Below are positions 1 through 12,884 of a DNA stretch of 64,000 nt, one piece after another. Under the pieces are notes generated by a model that was given only the letters and a program-made list of their open reading frames with translations, was not told where the DNA came from and did no database searches. Made by a program: the position numbers and the translations under genes. Position 1 is the stretch's first letter. Each line of letters opens with the position of its first letter. This DNA is from Selaginella moellendorffii. Its lineage: Eukaryota; Plantae; Lycopodiophyta. The stretch lies in contig NW_003314264.1 in NCBI RefSeq assembly GCF_000143415.4, positions 277,098 through 341,097 of the forward strand, read 5' to 3'.

Positions 1-143
1 TCAAACCCAAGGACGCTTAACTCCAACTATCCCAAGACCCTTAACCGATTGGAAAAGGGGGTGCACTCTTTTTCATGGGCCCTTTCCCTCTATATTTGAA
101 CCCCATGGATCGTCTCTCAAGTTGTTCCCTTTGGTTGCTTACA
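1..143 (-). mobile_element. Cassandra-like (5S rRNA-derived) TRIM LTR, truncated by window edge
   Basis: Reverse complement starts TGTAAGCAACC and contains GGAGTTAAGCGTCCTTGGG, matching the plant 5S rRNA box-A region (CAGTTAAGCGTGCTTGGG). Homologous to copies at 3025, 36874 and 37172. Confidence 0.7.
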
Positions 144-149
144 ACTTTG

Positions 150-1233
150 TGTTCTTTGAGTTATCTTTGATAAGTTGTTTGGCATGCTGTCTACAATCTT
201 TGATAGTTAATTTTTATCATTCAGTTTTCTTGATGATAGATTGGCTATTAAATTTTGTTGGATGGTGAATCTTATGTTTTCCAATTATGATGATCTTGGT
301 GGTTCCTATACTCTAATACTCGATTATTGGATGATAACTTACTTGGACTACTTTTGTGTTCTAAACTAAGCTTTATTCACTGATAATTAAATCTCTAAGA
401 TATCATTGTCTATGACTTTGATATTATCCATCTATTGATCTTTGTATTTAGGCCAGTATAGGCCGACTGGCTTTGGCACTTCGTATGCATGGTGAAATCT
501 TTAATCATGGGGTAGCTACTGTCGACTGATCACATCACCCACCTTTTTGTCGATGTTCCTTATGTCATTAAAAAGGGCATGACCATATAAACAACTCTAA
601 CTACCTGTTTACAGTTTTCTATCTAAACCTTACCGATGGGTTTAGTTTCTTAGCTCATGAGGGTTGGGGCCTCTAGCTTCTCTCTTTATGCCACCTATGG
701 GCAGGGGCGTATCACACTTTTGTAAGCTGGGTGACACCCAGAGCAGCAAGGGTGGCTAACTCTGTTGGTCATTTCCTTGTTGGTGATAGCCAGAAGGTGT
801 TTGAGTGGGTAGCGCATCCGCGTTAGACAAAGAGGTTACCCTAACTCATTTAAGTTGGTGCATTTCTTATATAGTGTGAATACTATGAATTTTTTTCTGG
901 AGTTGTTTCCTTGGCGGTATTCTAAACTAGAGTATGCATCGACAAGGACGTTAATTTTCCCTAAGAGAGGGAGAGTGTCGCAAATGTAACTTCGAGTATC
1001 GAAAGTTACCTGTCAGCTAGTCTTTACAAACACTCTTTCCTTACTGCCACGATAGCAGGAGGTCGGTATTGCTAGACCCTTTATTAGTCCCTCTTATGCT
1101 AGTGTTAACTGGGCATTTTGAATGTACTTAGACCGGATGAGCATAAAGATGGAATTTTTACATATTATTAGCTAAGCATACTTAGCCCGGTAAAGAGTTC
1201 TTGTCTCCTTATGTCTTGCACTGGCTAGTGACA
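150..1233 (+). mobile_element. Decayed Gypsy-like retrotransposon 3' fragment: polypurine tract plus putative LTR (976-1233)
   Basis: AAGAGAGGGAGAG (963-975) is directly followed by TGTCGC...GTGACA termini. Upstream sequence is stop-riddled with no ORF. Confidence 0.35.
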
Positions 1234-1339
1234 AGAACCCTCGCATATTGAGACTAGTCCCTCAATATAGCTTACTGTGTAACCCACCACCCTTGCTATC
1301 ATGCTCTTTGTGTTAGTTTTATTCCAGTCCTAAATGTTA

Positions 1340-2560
1340 TTTATGGAAAGTGTCTAGATTTGCTCATTTGGCATATTTATGGAATGTAGAGATTGTCCTA
1401 AACACAATGGTGTTCGTCCCATATTTAAATTCACAATCTAGGGACATTCTATATTTAGTAAGTTTTGAGCTTGTCCCAGACACTAACTTCTGATACTAAG
1501 GGAGGCTTGGGGGGAAAGCCCAAAGCATGTGTTCCTCAAAGGGGGAGGGGTGTTGTGGGGGGTTCCAAATGTATAGTAAGGATAGTGGGTAGGTTGGGCA
1601 TGGCTGACCAACCTAAGGCATAGTATAGCTCCCGTTTGCGTGTTTATCTTTGTTCTGAGTTTGGCTTGGGTCTAAGCCCAACCTCCACACCATGCTAGCT
1701 AGTGGAGTACCCATATCCTCGCATTAGGCCATCAGTATGCTAAAATAGCACCAAACTCTATTTGGCTCTATTTTGCGTGTTGCATTAGGATGTTGAATGT
1801 TCTAGGACTATTCCAAGTCGCTTTATGCTCCTGTTCCTTTGCTCCTTAGGCTGTACGTTCGGGAGTCATTCCATGCTCTAGTGCCATTGCTCTTTGGCTC
1901 CATGCTTGGGAGTTTTGCACCGTTCTTTCATTTAGTGGCCCAAGGCCCTGAAACTCGGGTTCCACACCACTGTCCTTTGGACATGTGGCATGTAACATGT
2001 GGCATATGACACGTGGCATATGAAGGGTTTAGGTTTTGCTTCGTGGTTATCCTATGGTAATTCACCATAGAATAAAGGGTAAAAACCATGTGCACTATAG
2101 AAGGGATATGAGTATAAAGCAACATTAGAATAGTCCTAAAGCATTCAGCATCCCAATGCCAAGATTAGCACACAAAATAAATTCAAGAAAATTTTAGTAT
2201 ACCAATGGTCTAACGAGTGGATATAAATACTCCACTAGCTAATATAGTATAGAGTTTGGGTTTAAACCCAATCTGGACATAAATTAAGGATAGGCACACA
2301 AATAGAGAGCTAAACTATGCCTTAGGGTTGGCCATACCCAACCTACTATCCCTACTATACATTTGGAACCTCCCCCCAATATAGGAATACACGCTTTGGG
2401 CTTTCACCTTAGTCTTAAGAGTTAGTCTTTAGGACACCCTAGTCTCAAGAGTTAGTTTATGGGATAATCATAAAACTTCCTAACTAATAAATGGTGCTAG
2501 ATTGCAAATTTGGATGTGGGAACAAAACCATGTTTAGGATAATCTCTATATTTTATAGAT
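1340..2560. repeat. Two inverted, diverged copies of an LTR-type repeat (~1340-1810 on +, ~2125-2560 on -)
   Basis: GGTTCCAAATGTATAGTAAGGATAGT...CCTAAGGCATAGT (1561-1625) has its reverse complement at 2312-2370. A PPT-like GGGGGAGGGG precedes TGTTG at 1551. A third copy spans ~2755-3399. Confidence 0.7.
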
Positions 2561-2843
2561 ATACTTCACTAATAGATCTAGCGTATGTGGTTTTCACCCT
2601 TTACTTTATAAAGATTTATCATAAGATGATAACTTAAGGGATTTGAGGGCCATTGAACGAAGGGATAAAGCCAAACTCCCAAGCTAAAGACAAAGAGCGA
2701 AAGAACTAAAGCATGGAATGACTCTTGAGTGTATGCCTTAAGGAATGAATGGACATGAACACTTAGAGCATTTAGCATCCCAACGCCAAAACCAGCATGT
2801 AAAATAGAGCCAAATAAAGTCTAACACTATTTTAGCATATCAA

Positions 2844-3218
2844 TATAAGCTACCAAAAGAATAACTTTAGAGGAATCACACCATTTGTTAAGATTGACAT
2901 CTTGGAAGTTTAGTTTGCCTTTGGCTGGGCTTGACTAGAGGGGTAGAGTGTTAAGAGAGCAGGGCTCTCGCAGCTCTCAACTTCTGCTCACAAGGGCGTA
3001 AACTTGTAGGGAAGTATAGTGAATTATAAACAACCAAAGAGAATCACTTGAGAAACAATTCATAAGGGTTTAAATATAAAGGGGAAAAACCCATGAATAA
3101 AAATGCATCTTTTTTCTCAATCAGTTAAAAGTTTTAAGATACTTAAGTTAAGCATCATTGGGTTTAAATAATACTTGGCTGGGTGACCTTCCAAGAAGTC
3201 CAAATTCAGGAGCTTACA
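2844..3218 (+). mobile_element. Cassandra-like TRIM (deleted 5' LTR, short internal domain, full 3' LTR 3025-3218) inserted in an older LTR
   Basis: Starts TATAAGCTACCAAAAGAATAACT and ends GAGCTTACA. Contains the 5S-like tract AGTTAAGCATCATTGGG...GGCTGGGTGACCTTCCAAGAAGTCC. Imperfect TSD ATCAA (2839-43) / ATCAT (3219-23). The flanks rejoin to match the 2145-2380 repeat. Confidence 0.65.
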
Positions 3219-3852
3219 ATCATTGGTTTAACACGAGGATATAAATACTTCACTAACTAGCATGGTATAAAACTTAGGCTTAGACCCAAATTAGATACAG
3301 AGCAAGGATAACTATGTAAGTCTAGCTAAACTATATCTCAAGTTGGTCAGCCATGCCTGATATACCCACTATCCCTACTATACATTTGGAACCCCCCACA
3401 TCTCTAAAATACTCATTTTCTTTGGATATACATCCTTTCAAACACTTGTAATGCAATGTGAATAATATCTTCATTGCCAGTTGTCCTGATAAATTTAATT
3501 CTCATAGGAAACAAGGTTTCAATGATGTTACTTACAAAGGTCCAAACAAAAGAAAAAAATAAAGAAGATGGGAAACCTTGTTATGTTCAAATGGCCACCT
3601 CTAGTTTCATTGTAATGGTTGCTCAATGCATAGAGCTAATACTCATGCTGCTGTGGAACGCTGTGGTGCACTGTGGTGTGCCAGGTCCTTGGTGATATTC
3701 AAGTCATGAATCAGGAAGTAACAGCTGTAAGGATTTCCAGCAGACACAACTTCCAATCCTCACAAAGGTATGATTGAACTCTTAAATGATTTTCTTGTAT
3801 ATAAAGAATCTCTCATGCGTTTTCCAGCACTATAGGTAAGTGGCTTCCACAT

Positions 3853-4150
3853 TTTTTATTCCTTCACCTTTCTGATTTGTTTCTCCCTATCACTATTGTT
3901 GGATGGCTACATAGAGTAGGAAAATAAAGCCTCTGTTCCATAATTACTGGTCTTGTTGACCCCAAGAAAACTGATCTTGGGGATTCCACTAGGTCAAGAG
4001 GTCAAACCGGGCATGATTACGTGTTGATTAGGTAAGTACAGTTTTTATTCCTTCACCTTTCTGACTTGTTTCTTCCTATCACTATCGTTGGATGGCTACA
4101 TAGAGTAGGAGGATAAAGCCTCTGTTCCATGGTTACTGGTCTTGTTGACC
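3853..4150 (+). repeat. ~110-bp direct duplication (~3853-3961 and ~4042-4150)
   Basis: TTTTTATTCCTTCACCTTTCTGA...TTACTGGTCTTGTTGACC occurs twice with few mismatches, each copy preceded by AGGTAAGT. Confidence 0.85.
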
Positions 4151-5417
4151 ACCAGAATAGCTGTAATTACCTTCATGTTAAAGAAGACAACACCTTCTTT
4201 CTTTTGGCAAATTGTTGCCCATGCCCAATTGAAGCCAAAAGATTGTCATGGCCGTGAGTGCATCCACAATCTGTGTATATTTCCTAAGACGTTTCACCCG
4301 ACTTTGTACCCATCCCAATAATCATATCTTGTTTGAAGTAAACTTGTAGTTCACAACATGGTTGAAGCATGAGATAAAAAGCTTCTCTCCTTGAAAGTTT
4401 GGAATGCTTGATCCAAATTCCAAAAGAGTGGTGTTTCAACATGTCTGATGCTTGCAGTCACTATGCCCTAGATGTCGTGGTGGAAGCAGGGTCAGGCTTT
4501 TGTAAGAGATCATATGGGAATCCATCTTAACTCAATATTTTGCAGCTAATAAATTAAGTAAACATGAGCCAAAATCTACATAAACAGAAATACAGGTCGA
4601 TAATCTAAAATATAACCTTTGAACACCACAGAAACTGGTGCCAGTCTATCAGCTCTATCAGGAGACGTTTTTGTATATGCAGAGAAGACTCTGGAGTAGA
4701 TATTACGTCACTCGTCCATTCTATGAGGGATTCCACAGACGCCTTGAACAAACTTTTCTTCCAATTTGCTTTTTCTAAAGGAGTTTATCGTTTTAGCGAC
4801 AGAAATTCTACAAATAAGCCCCAAATACCACTTCCTCAAAAAAATAGAACAATAAGCTGAACACTCTTTCCCTTCCATTTTCGTTCATCGCACATCGGGC
4901 TTTCTCCAGGGTGAGAAGCCGTTGTGTTGCCGGCGGATTTCCGAACTGCGTGCCCTGTCGCCTGTAGACTTTAGTTTGTCTTGCTCCCATAGATCTCGGT
5001 AGGCTGGGCAGCGATTTGCCATGGGGGCGGTGTCGTGCTAACGTCCGGCGTTTCCATATTGAGAGAAGGTCGTTTGTTGGTGTGCGGTTTCTCGGTACAT
5101 TTAAAACTTGGTTTGTGCCTAACCAAAGTTATTTTTATTTCATTTTTGAATCTTGATCTGCCCTGTTTTTCTTTCACGTATTTGCTCGGATCCTCCTTGT
5201 GGATGGAAACCCTTCTCGCTAGAGCTTAGTCTAGCCCAAAACTGGTTCTTCCGTAATGAAACGGTCAATCCCAAGTAACCAATGGGCTTACACTGCACTA
5301 AATGAATATTCTGCTGTTGGAAGTTATGCATAGCCTTGCTAGGGTCAAGGAGCAGAATAGATAGTAAACATTGGAGATGTCAGCTACCTCAGCTTTAAAT
5401 TATAAGCTCTGAGCAAA

Positions 5418-6687
5418 ATGGAAGACATGGAGAGTGTTTATAGACCTCGGACTCTGTGTAGCAGCAAGCGCTCCAAGGAGACACCCATTTCCAACACGTT
5501 TGATCCATTTGTATGGGATCCTCCAAATCCACGGCGTGGAGGAGGCGCTTGGGTGCCTCCGACTCCTCCGCACCCTAAGGAAGGGGTTGTGGAAGTGACG
5601 GAAGGCTTGGTAAGTGCGAAAGTTAGGGGAGGAAGCCCATCGTTCACCCAAAAATTGATGCTGGCGAGTAGGGACAAAGAGTCACTGCTGGAAGAAGCCC
5701 TACGTCTGAAACGGATGCTCATCGATCAAGCGTTTTATCTAAAGCGGGACAAGGTTCATGCATCGACAGTCAAGATTGAGAACAGGTGATTGTTTAGCTC
5801 CGAGCATTTCATGCTTACAAGAAATAAAAAGCAGGAAGCTGGAGAACGATATTAAAGACATGGAGATGCAAACGAACATGCCCTCGTACAAGACAAGTGG
5901 AGCAACTAGAGTTAGAGCAAAACTCCAAGGTATGCTTGGTGTTTTACACTGTAAGAAATCCTAAATGTCCTATGATTAGGAATGAAGATAAGGTACGAGG
6001 AGCTTCAGAACATCTGTGATGGCCAGCACGAAGAGATAACTCACTTGCGGAGGGACGTTCGGATATCACACGCAAGAGTAAGCTAATTGTAAGCAGCAGA
6101 AGTATTAATCCAACTGCTTTTGCTCCACAGACGTATATGATACTGATTCCCCGCAGGAAATAGAAATGGAGCGGGATGTTTTCGTGGAGGAGATAGCCAA
6201 GCTGCAAAAGGATGTCAAGCGGCTCAAGTCTTTGAACAGTCAGCTCTGCTGCGAGAACAAGGAACTGTGTCGAATCAGAGACAGAGCAGGAGACCTAGAA
6301 CTTGTTAATCACCATCTAGAGAATTGCATGGACGTGAGTGCTTCCCTATTCTTGGCTCAAAAAGAACCGCTTGCTGTTTTTCAGGTTGTAAGCCGGGCCC
6401 TGGAGAGCGCCAACCGTGACGTCGTGACTTATAGGCAGAGGGTAACCGAGACGAGTCTCAACGCCAGAAGAAATGCCAAGCGGTGCAAGGATTTACAAGA
6501 CCAGATTGCGCTGATGAAGGATTGCCTGCACAAGGAGAGACACGATAGGAAGAACCTGGAAGCCACGCGCGTGTGCCTGGAAGCTGAGCTTATTAAAGTG
6601 GAACAAAAGATCAGAGCTAATGGTGGGAGCGTATCGTCTCCTGGGTCTCCCAAAAGCAGCAGCCCCAGGTCAGCTCGAACGATTTAG
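5418..6687 (+). CDS. Uncharacterised coiled-coil protein (about 4 exons)
   Basis: ORFs 5418-5789, 5758-5964 and 6166-6687 can be linked by short GT-AG introns. E/K/R/L-rich heptad-like sequence, no recognised domain. Confidence 0.65.
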
Positions 6688-6804
6688 GGGAAGTGTGAGA
6701 GGTGGCCGAGACAGAGGTGACGAATGAGAGGTCAGCTCGGCCAACATAGTAAGTAGCATATGCAACCATCCGTGCACGAGTCAAAACTTGAACTGGTGTC
6801 CCCA

Positions 6805-9800
6805 TCATTCAGCTGCTGCGGCTTCAAGCATGGGGAGCAGCTCCTGGTAGACAATGCGAATGGCGGGCCGAGCTGATGGCTCTGCTGAGATGCATCGCAA
6901 GGCAAGCGTTAGAAGCTGTTGCAGCTCCAAGCTGCCGGCATGCAGGTGAGGGTCAAAGCACTCACTGGACCTGTTGTGCGATACGAGCAGCTTAACCCAC
7001 TCTGGGAGATCGACCGCAGTGGAGCCCCCAGAGATGACGTCGTCTGCAGCCTTGGCGGTGAGGATCTCGAGCAGGAGGACCCCGTAGGCATAGACATCCG
7101 CCCCGGTGGTTGGCTTTGGACGCTTGATGTTCGACAGCTCTGGAGCTCTGTAACCAAGAGCTGCCGCATTGACAAACTGGCTGGCTGTTCCCGCAGCGGT
7201 CATGAGCCTGTGCAGGCCATAGTCGGTGAGACGTCCACGCAGGTCGGATCCTTCAAACAAAACATTGGACGCCTTGAGGTTGCCATGCGCAAGCTTGTGA
7301 TCGTCGTGGAGATAGCACAGGCCTCGGGCAATATCCGCGGAGACTCGTAGGCGCTGAGGCCACGACAATGGTGGATATCGGCCAACACCGGATGACTTCT
7401 CTGCAATGTAATTTAGATGTAGGTGAGCACCACAAGACGAGAACCGTACCCGTACCTGCAGTTAAAAGTCGGTCCGCTAAGCTGCCATAGGCAACGAAAT
7501 CAGTGAGGATGAGCTTCTCGTGTTCCCTGGGCCCCCAGTAGTAGCCCCGCAATGGAAGCACGTTGTCGTGCCTGATGCCTCCAAACCTTCTGGCCTCCAT
7601 GGTGAATTCCCGCTTGCACTTTGCCAACCCTTCCTTGAGCCACTTGACAGTGATGGTATGACCACTGTCCAGTGTTGCTTTGTATGACGTTCCATGGCTG
7701 CTTCGGCCAAGAACCTCCGCTGGTGCTCGTGACAGCTCTTCGGCAGTGAAGAGCACGTCGCCATCCCAAAGGAAAAGATCGCCTGCTAGCTTGTCTGGGG
7801 AGTTCCAGCCTAAGGCACCCTCCTCCTCCCTCGCACTTGCTGGTCTCAGCGACGAGAAGAAGCCCTTTCTCGAGGGCAACCGTTTCAACACGTTGTCGTC
7901 CTTCTCATTCTCTACCTGCGGCTGCTGCTGCTGCTGCTCCTGCTGCGGCTGCTGCTGGTGATGGACCTTGAAATCTCTCTCCACAATCTTAAACACCGGA
8001 ATGCCAGACTTGTTGTCACCTTGACTTTGCCGCTGCCTGTTGTAATAGACAAGGCCGACTATAGCGAGGGCTAGTAGCAAGGCTGCAGCACAACCGCCGA
8101 GGAGGCCAGCTTTGAGAGACGGAGACACTCGACCATTCCGCCGGGTTTTGTTGACAAGGCCCAAGGGCTGGTTGGCCTGTGGTGCATGGCCATTCCAGCT
8201 GGGGAAGCCATTGGACAGGAGCTGGGCGTTTCCAGGGTAGAAGGACGAAGGCGGGAACTTGGATTCTAGCTGGGACGGAATGGCTCCCGAGAGGTTGTTG
8301 TTGGAGAGGTTGAGCAGAGTGAGTGTAGGAGGACCGAGCGTTGAGGGGATGGAACCGGTGAGCTGGTTAGAGGAGAGGTCGAGCTGCTGCAGGCGATCGA
8401 GTTTGGTCACGTCCACCGGTATGTCACCCGATAGCTTGTTGTTGCTGAGGTTGAGAAACTGCAAGGTGGCCGTGAGGAGGCTGGAGGGAATAGCGCCATC
8501 CAGCTGGTTGCTTGCCAAGTCGAGAAGGCGCAACGGAGCGTCGGTGGCGCTGGCGGTCGGGACGGGAATTGTCCCGGAGAGCCGGTTGCTGGAGAGCTTG
8601 AGTGCTACGAGCGTGCATGAGTTGAAAAAGGTGGGGGGTATGGGGCCGAGCAAGGTGTTGCCGCTCAAGTCCAAGCTCGTCAACTTGGGGAAGCTTGCGA
8701 AGGCAGCAGGGATGCCGCCCTCGAGCTTGTTGTTTGCAAAAGCGAGTGAGGTGAGGCGCAGGAGCTGCGCAGTCTGGCTGGGCAGTGCGCCCGAGAGGGA
8801 GTTGTTGCTGAGGTCCATCCATTCCAAGCTGTTGCCCCACGACCTCATGACGGACAAGTTGCCGGAGAAGGTGTTGGCGCTGAGGTCCACTCGGGCGCAG
8901 CTGCCAAGCCGTGGGGGCAGGCCGCCCGACAAGGCGTTGCGGGAGAGGTTGAGCAGGGTGAGGCGAGCAGCCGAGATCGTCCAGACATTCCCTGTGGTGG
9001 CCATGCATGCACACGTAAAGACATGTATAAGGCCAGCCATTCTTACCTGAGAGCCGGTTGTTGCTCAGATCCAGCTCCTCGAGCAGTGACGCTTCCGCCG
9101 ACAGTAGCGCAGGTGGCACAAATCCCGTGAACTGGTTGGCCCGGAGCTTGAGAACCCGGAGCGAGAAGACAAACTCAAACGAGGGGAGGGAGCCGGCCAG
9201 GGCGTTGGCGCTGAGATCGAGGATCTGGATCTTGTTGGCGAAGAGATTGTTGGCGGCGTCGTCTGGTGCCAGCGGGCCGGAGAGCCGGTTGAAGCTCATG
9301 TTGACGTAGAGCAGGTCCGGGGGGAGAAGCGAGGCGATCCAAGGGAGGGGGCCCGACAGGCGGTTGAGGGCGAGGTGGAGGCTCTGGATGGCGGGCAGCA
9401 GCATCCACGAGGAGGGGATGCTGCCCGTCAGCTGGTTGGCGGCCAGGTGGAGGCGCTCCAGGTGCTGGAGACGGCCCAGCTGCGCCGAGAGGCTGCCGTT
9501 GAGCTGGTTGCCCGACAGGTCGCACACCCGGAGCAGCTCCAGCGCCGCCAGCGAGGCTGGGATGGGGCCAACGAGCGCATTGTTGCTCAGGTCGAGCTCC
9601 TCGAGTGCCGACATGCCGGTCAAGGCGTCGGCCGGGATGGGCCCCGACAGGCGGTTGTTGGCCAGGGACAGCCTCTGCAACCGTCGCAAGCCGCTGCCCA
9701 TTGCCGGGATCATCTCTCCGTCCAGCATGTTCCCCGACACATCGAGCTGCTCCAGGAGAGAGAGGCGAGCCAAGTCGGCAGGGAGCGGGCCAGACAGCAG

Positions 9801-10139
9801 GTTGTTGGCAAGCGACAGGTAGACGAGCGAGTGGAGAGCACCCAGCGTATCGGGCAAAAGGCGGCCAGACAGTCCCAAGCCTTGGAGCTCCAGCCGGCTC
9901 ACCCGGCCGTCCTTGTTGTCGCAATACACACCATGCCACTTTGATGGGCACCCATTGGAGTCCTTGCTTTCCGGCAGCCATGACTTGGTGAGACTGCCCA
10001 GCGGATCTTTGTCTATTCCCTTCATAAAACTCAGCAACACTTGAGTGTCGTCAACACTGGCACCTCTACACCCATGGTGCTGCACCGCTAGCAGCGCTGC
10101 CGCCGCCATCACCACCACCATTGCCCATTCGACAACCAT
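6805..10139 (-). CDS. LRR receptor-like pseudokinase, GHR1/SIRK1 clade
   Basis: Signal peptide, LRRNT (NGCPSKWHGVYC), ~20 LRRs and a TM helix. Kinase motifs GRSSHGTSYKATL, YYWGPREHEKLIL, HGNLK and DYG. Introns at 8992-9046 and ~7402-7455. Confidence 0.93.
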
Positions 10140-10404
10140 TCTGCTAACCTCGTAGCGCCTCCCTCGCCTCACTCGCAGCAACACCCTTCTCTCCCTCGCT
10201 TTCTCTCACCTCACACTACTTAGTTAAAATATACAATCTTCTTCCCGCCCGCTTGTCCAAGCTTCGAAGAGCGTGCTGGCCAGGCAGATCTGAAGGTTTG
10301 CAGTGCCAGTGAACACACAATGAAGAGAGAGGCGGCTGAAAATGACACACACAAACACTAAATTATATATATACAAAGCATAGTTTAGTTCAGCAGAGAT
10401 CCCT

Positions 10405-11570
10405 TCAAAAATACAGGCCTAACACAAACCTCGTCGGATTGAATCCTGTTAACAATGCTGAAGTTTGCACCGAGTGAGAGAGAAACACAAACTAATACCT
10501 GAGATATCTACACTTACCGCACGGGAAGAGGACAACGAGGACAGCCACCGGATACAGGAAGAACGTAGTTCTCTCCAAAAAAGGCAGGACTAGTAGCAAG
10601 CACATTAGGTAAGGCAAGACTACAGCGAACTCACCATCATAACCAAGGAAACTGAGGTAGTGGTAATATGAAAGTGAAACCAAGAAGAAAAGGTTGGAAA
10701 GCAGCGTGGGGACGAACCCCCGAAGAATAAGCAGAGGAGAAAAGAAATAATGGATCACTGCAACCAGCAGGATGGCGTCAGTCCCACTCAGAGCGACATC
10801 TGTTTCTAGTCTCACCGTAGAGCACGATGAAGAGAGGAAAGTAGGCATTACAATGCACGTCAAACGCATAGAGCCATTCCACACGCTGTTCCACCACATG
10901 GCTGTGGATTGCTGCTTCTTCCCGGAGGTAGCGATTGCAGAGAAACCTGCAGCTACCGTCTGAACCTTGAACGACTCGTTACCAAGCGCTTACCAGCAGA
11001 TGCTTGCCAAGGAGATGCCGGTGAGTAAAAAGTGAAGCCAGACGACTCCAACGACAGTCACGCCCGCCTGGAGGAAGCTGGAGCCGTACCTGTGGCGCGG
11101 AGCAGCAAGAGGTCAAGGTAAGGAGGGGAGCATGAGCTTACGCGGCACAGTAGGCGGAGGCAGCCAGCGCCAAGAAGATGCTGCTGATGACGGTGAAGGC
11201 TGGATCATCGCGTGCCCACTGGTTCTTGGTTTCTGCACGAAACAAAAGGCCCAACCGTTTGTGTTGCAGTTGAAAGCAATGGCGTCAAGCTTCGTACGCT
11301 TGTGATATTTGGTGTGCTGGTAGCTGTAATTGGGAAGTATGAGCTAAGGAGAGGTGGCTGTATGCTTACACGACTTTGGGTGCGGTACACAAGTGCAACA
11401 TTTGCCAAAAGGTGTACTCGACATCCATTTGCCTCCACTGCAACAAGACAGTCAGCGGCAAAGAGAGAGAGGGAGAGAGGGGAGGGCACCTTGACGATCC
11501 GGCGCAGGTAGTGTGGCAGCTGCTGCTGCTGCGGGTGCCTCAAGCCGCGGCCCGCCGTGGTGGGAAGCAT
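10405..11570 (-). CDS. UNC50: UNC-50 family Golgi membrane protein
   Basis: Spliced motifs MLPTT...YLRRIVK, QMDVEYTFWQMLHLC, NQWARDDPAF, VEWLYAFDVHCN and GFNPTRFVLGLYF*. Confidence 0.92.
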
Positions 11571-11633
11571 GCTGCTGCCGCCTTTTAGGGCATTAGGGCA
11601 GCCATCGCTGCCCTAAAACGCGAGGCGAGTGAC

Positions 11634-12844
11634 ATGGAGGTGGAAGCGGAGGCGCAGGAGAGGCCGCGGGACGAGGATATTATGGCGCATCACCAAGCCG
11701 TGTGCCAAGAGGGGACGTGCAAGTCCGAGTTTGTGGGTGACAAGGTGAGCCCTTGCTCTCGCTCCCTCTCATAACTCTCTTTGTTTTGTTTAGGAACCAC
11801 TGTCGGTGCTGGCTGCCGAGTACGAGTTGGGGAATCCCGTGTTCAAAGCCAAGATTGAGGTGTGCCCGGGCGCCAACTCCGCATGCGACTAACTGACCAC
11901 GGATTTTTCAGAACAGCAACTAGGGAAAACATATGGAGCAATCCGTCGGACCCGAGGCGATGGCAATTGCTTCTTCAGGAGCTTCATGTTCGCGTATCTG
12001 GTCCGCCTTGGCTTTCTCGTATTCGCCTCGCACTTACCACTGCCTCGCCCTTCAGGAGCACGTTCTGGAAGCGGAGGACGAGAGAGAAGCTGCCCGGGTG
12101 CTGCAAAACGTGGAGCAGTGCCGAAACGCCTTAGTCAGCTTAGGCTATGCCGAGTTCACCTTTGAGGACTTCCTGGCGGTGGGTTTGTAGCATTATTTGT
12201 TCCCATCTGAACCGGCTGCGAGCAGATATTTGTGGAACAAGTGGAAAACGCTCTACCGGGCAAGCCAACGTCGATGAGGTATCCCGCTACTCCCAGATGA
12301 GGTTTGGATTTCACCCTCAACTTTGTGCTTTCAGCATTGGAACGCTTGTTGAGCGCTGCCGCGATCAATACATTTCGAACTATGGTATGCTTGGCTTTAC
12401 TCTGTTACGCCATTGTCATCACCACGCTGGTGTTGTAGTGATTATGTTCTTCAGATTTGTCACGTCGTCCGAGATACGCAGGCGAGCCGAGTTTTTTGAG
12501 CCATTCATTCTCGGGATTTCGAGCACTACGGTTGATCAGGTATAGGTACACCAATGGGAATGGCTCACCTGGCGCTCATATGGTTGCAGTTTTGCAAATC
12601 TTCCGTGGAACCCATGGGCGAGGAGAGCGACCACGTCCACATAATTGCCTTGACAGATGCCCTGGGTGTGCCTGTCCGTGTAGTCTATCTGGACCGCAGC
12701 ATCTGTGACAACGGCAAGACCACGGACGTGAACCACCACGACTTCATACCAGGGGGAGCTGATGCAGAGGAGCAGAGACGTGAGAACCCCCATGTTGTCC
12801 TGCTCTACAGGCCAGGGCATTACGACATTCTCTACCGCAAGTAG
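11634..12844 (+). CDS. OTU1: Otubain-like ubiquitin thioesterase (peptidase C65)
   Basis: RRTRGDGNCFFR catalytic Cys motif, VEPMGEESDHVHIIAL, LLYRPGHYDILY. Confidence 0.93.
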
Positions 12845-12884
12845 ATCTGTATTGCTTGTGCTCGTGAATAAGAATGCCTGTCTT

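Noticed and set aside
3140-3205. Functional 5S rRNA gene
   Set aside because: Only the internal ~60 nt match, it is degenerate, and it is embedded in LTR termini.
8259-9991. Long antisense and alternate-frame ORFs over the LRR-RLK (similar ones over HEN2, ALP1-like, mTERF2 and TSN)
   Set aside because: Expected shadows of GC-rich coding sequence, with no protein motifs.
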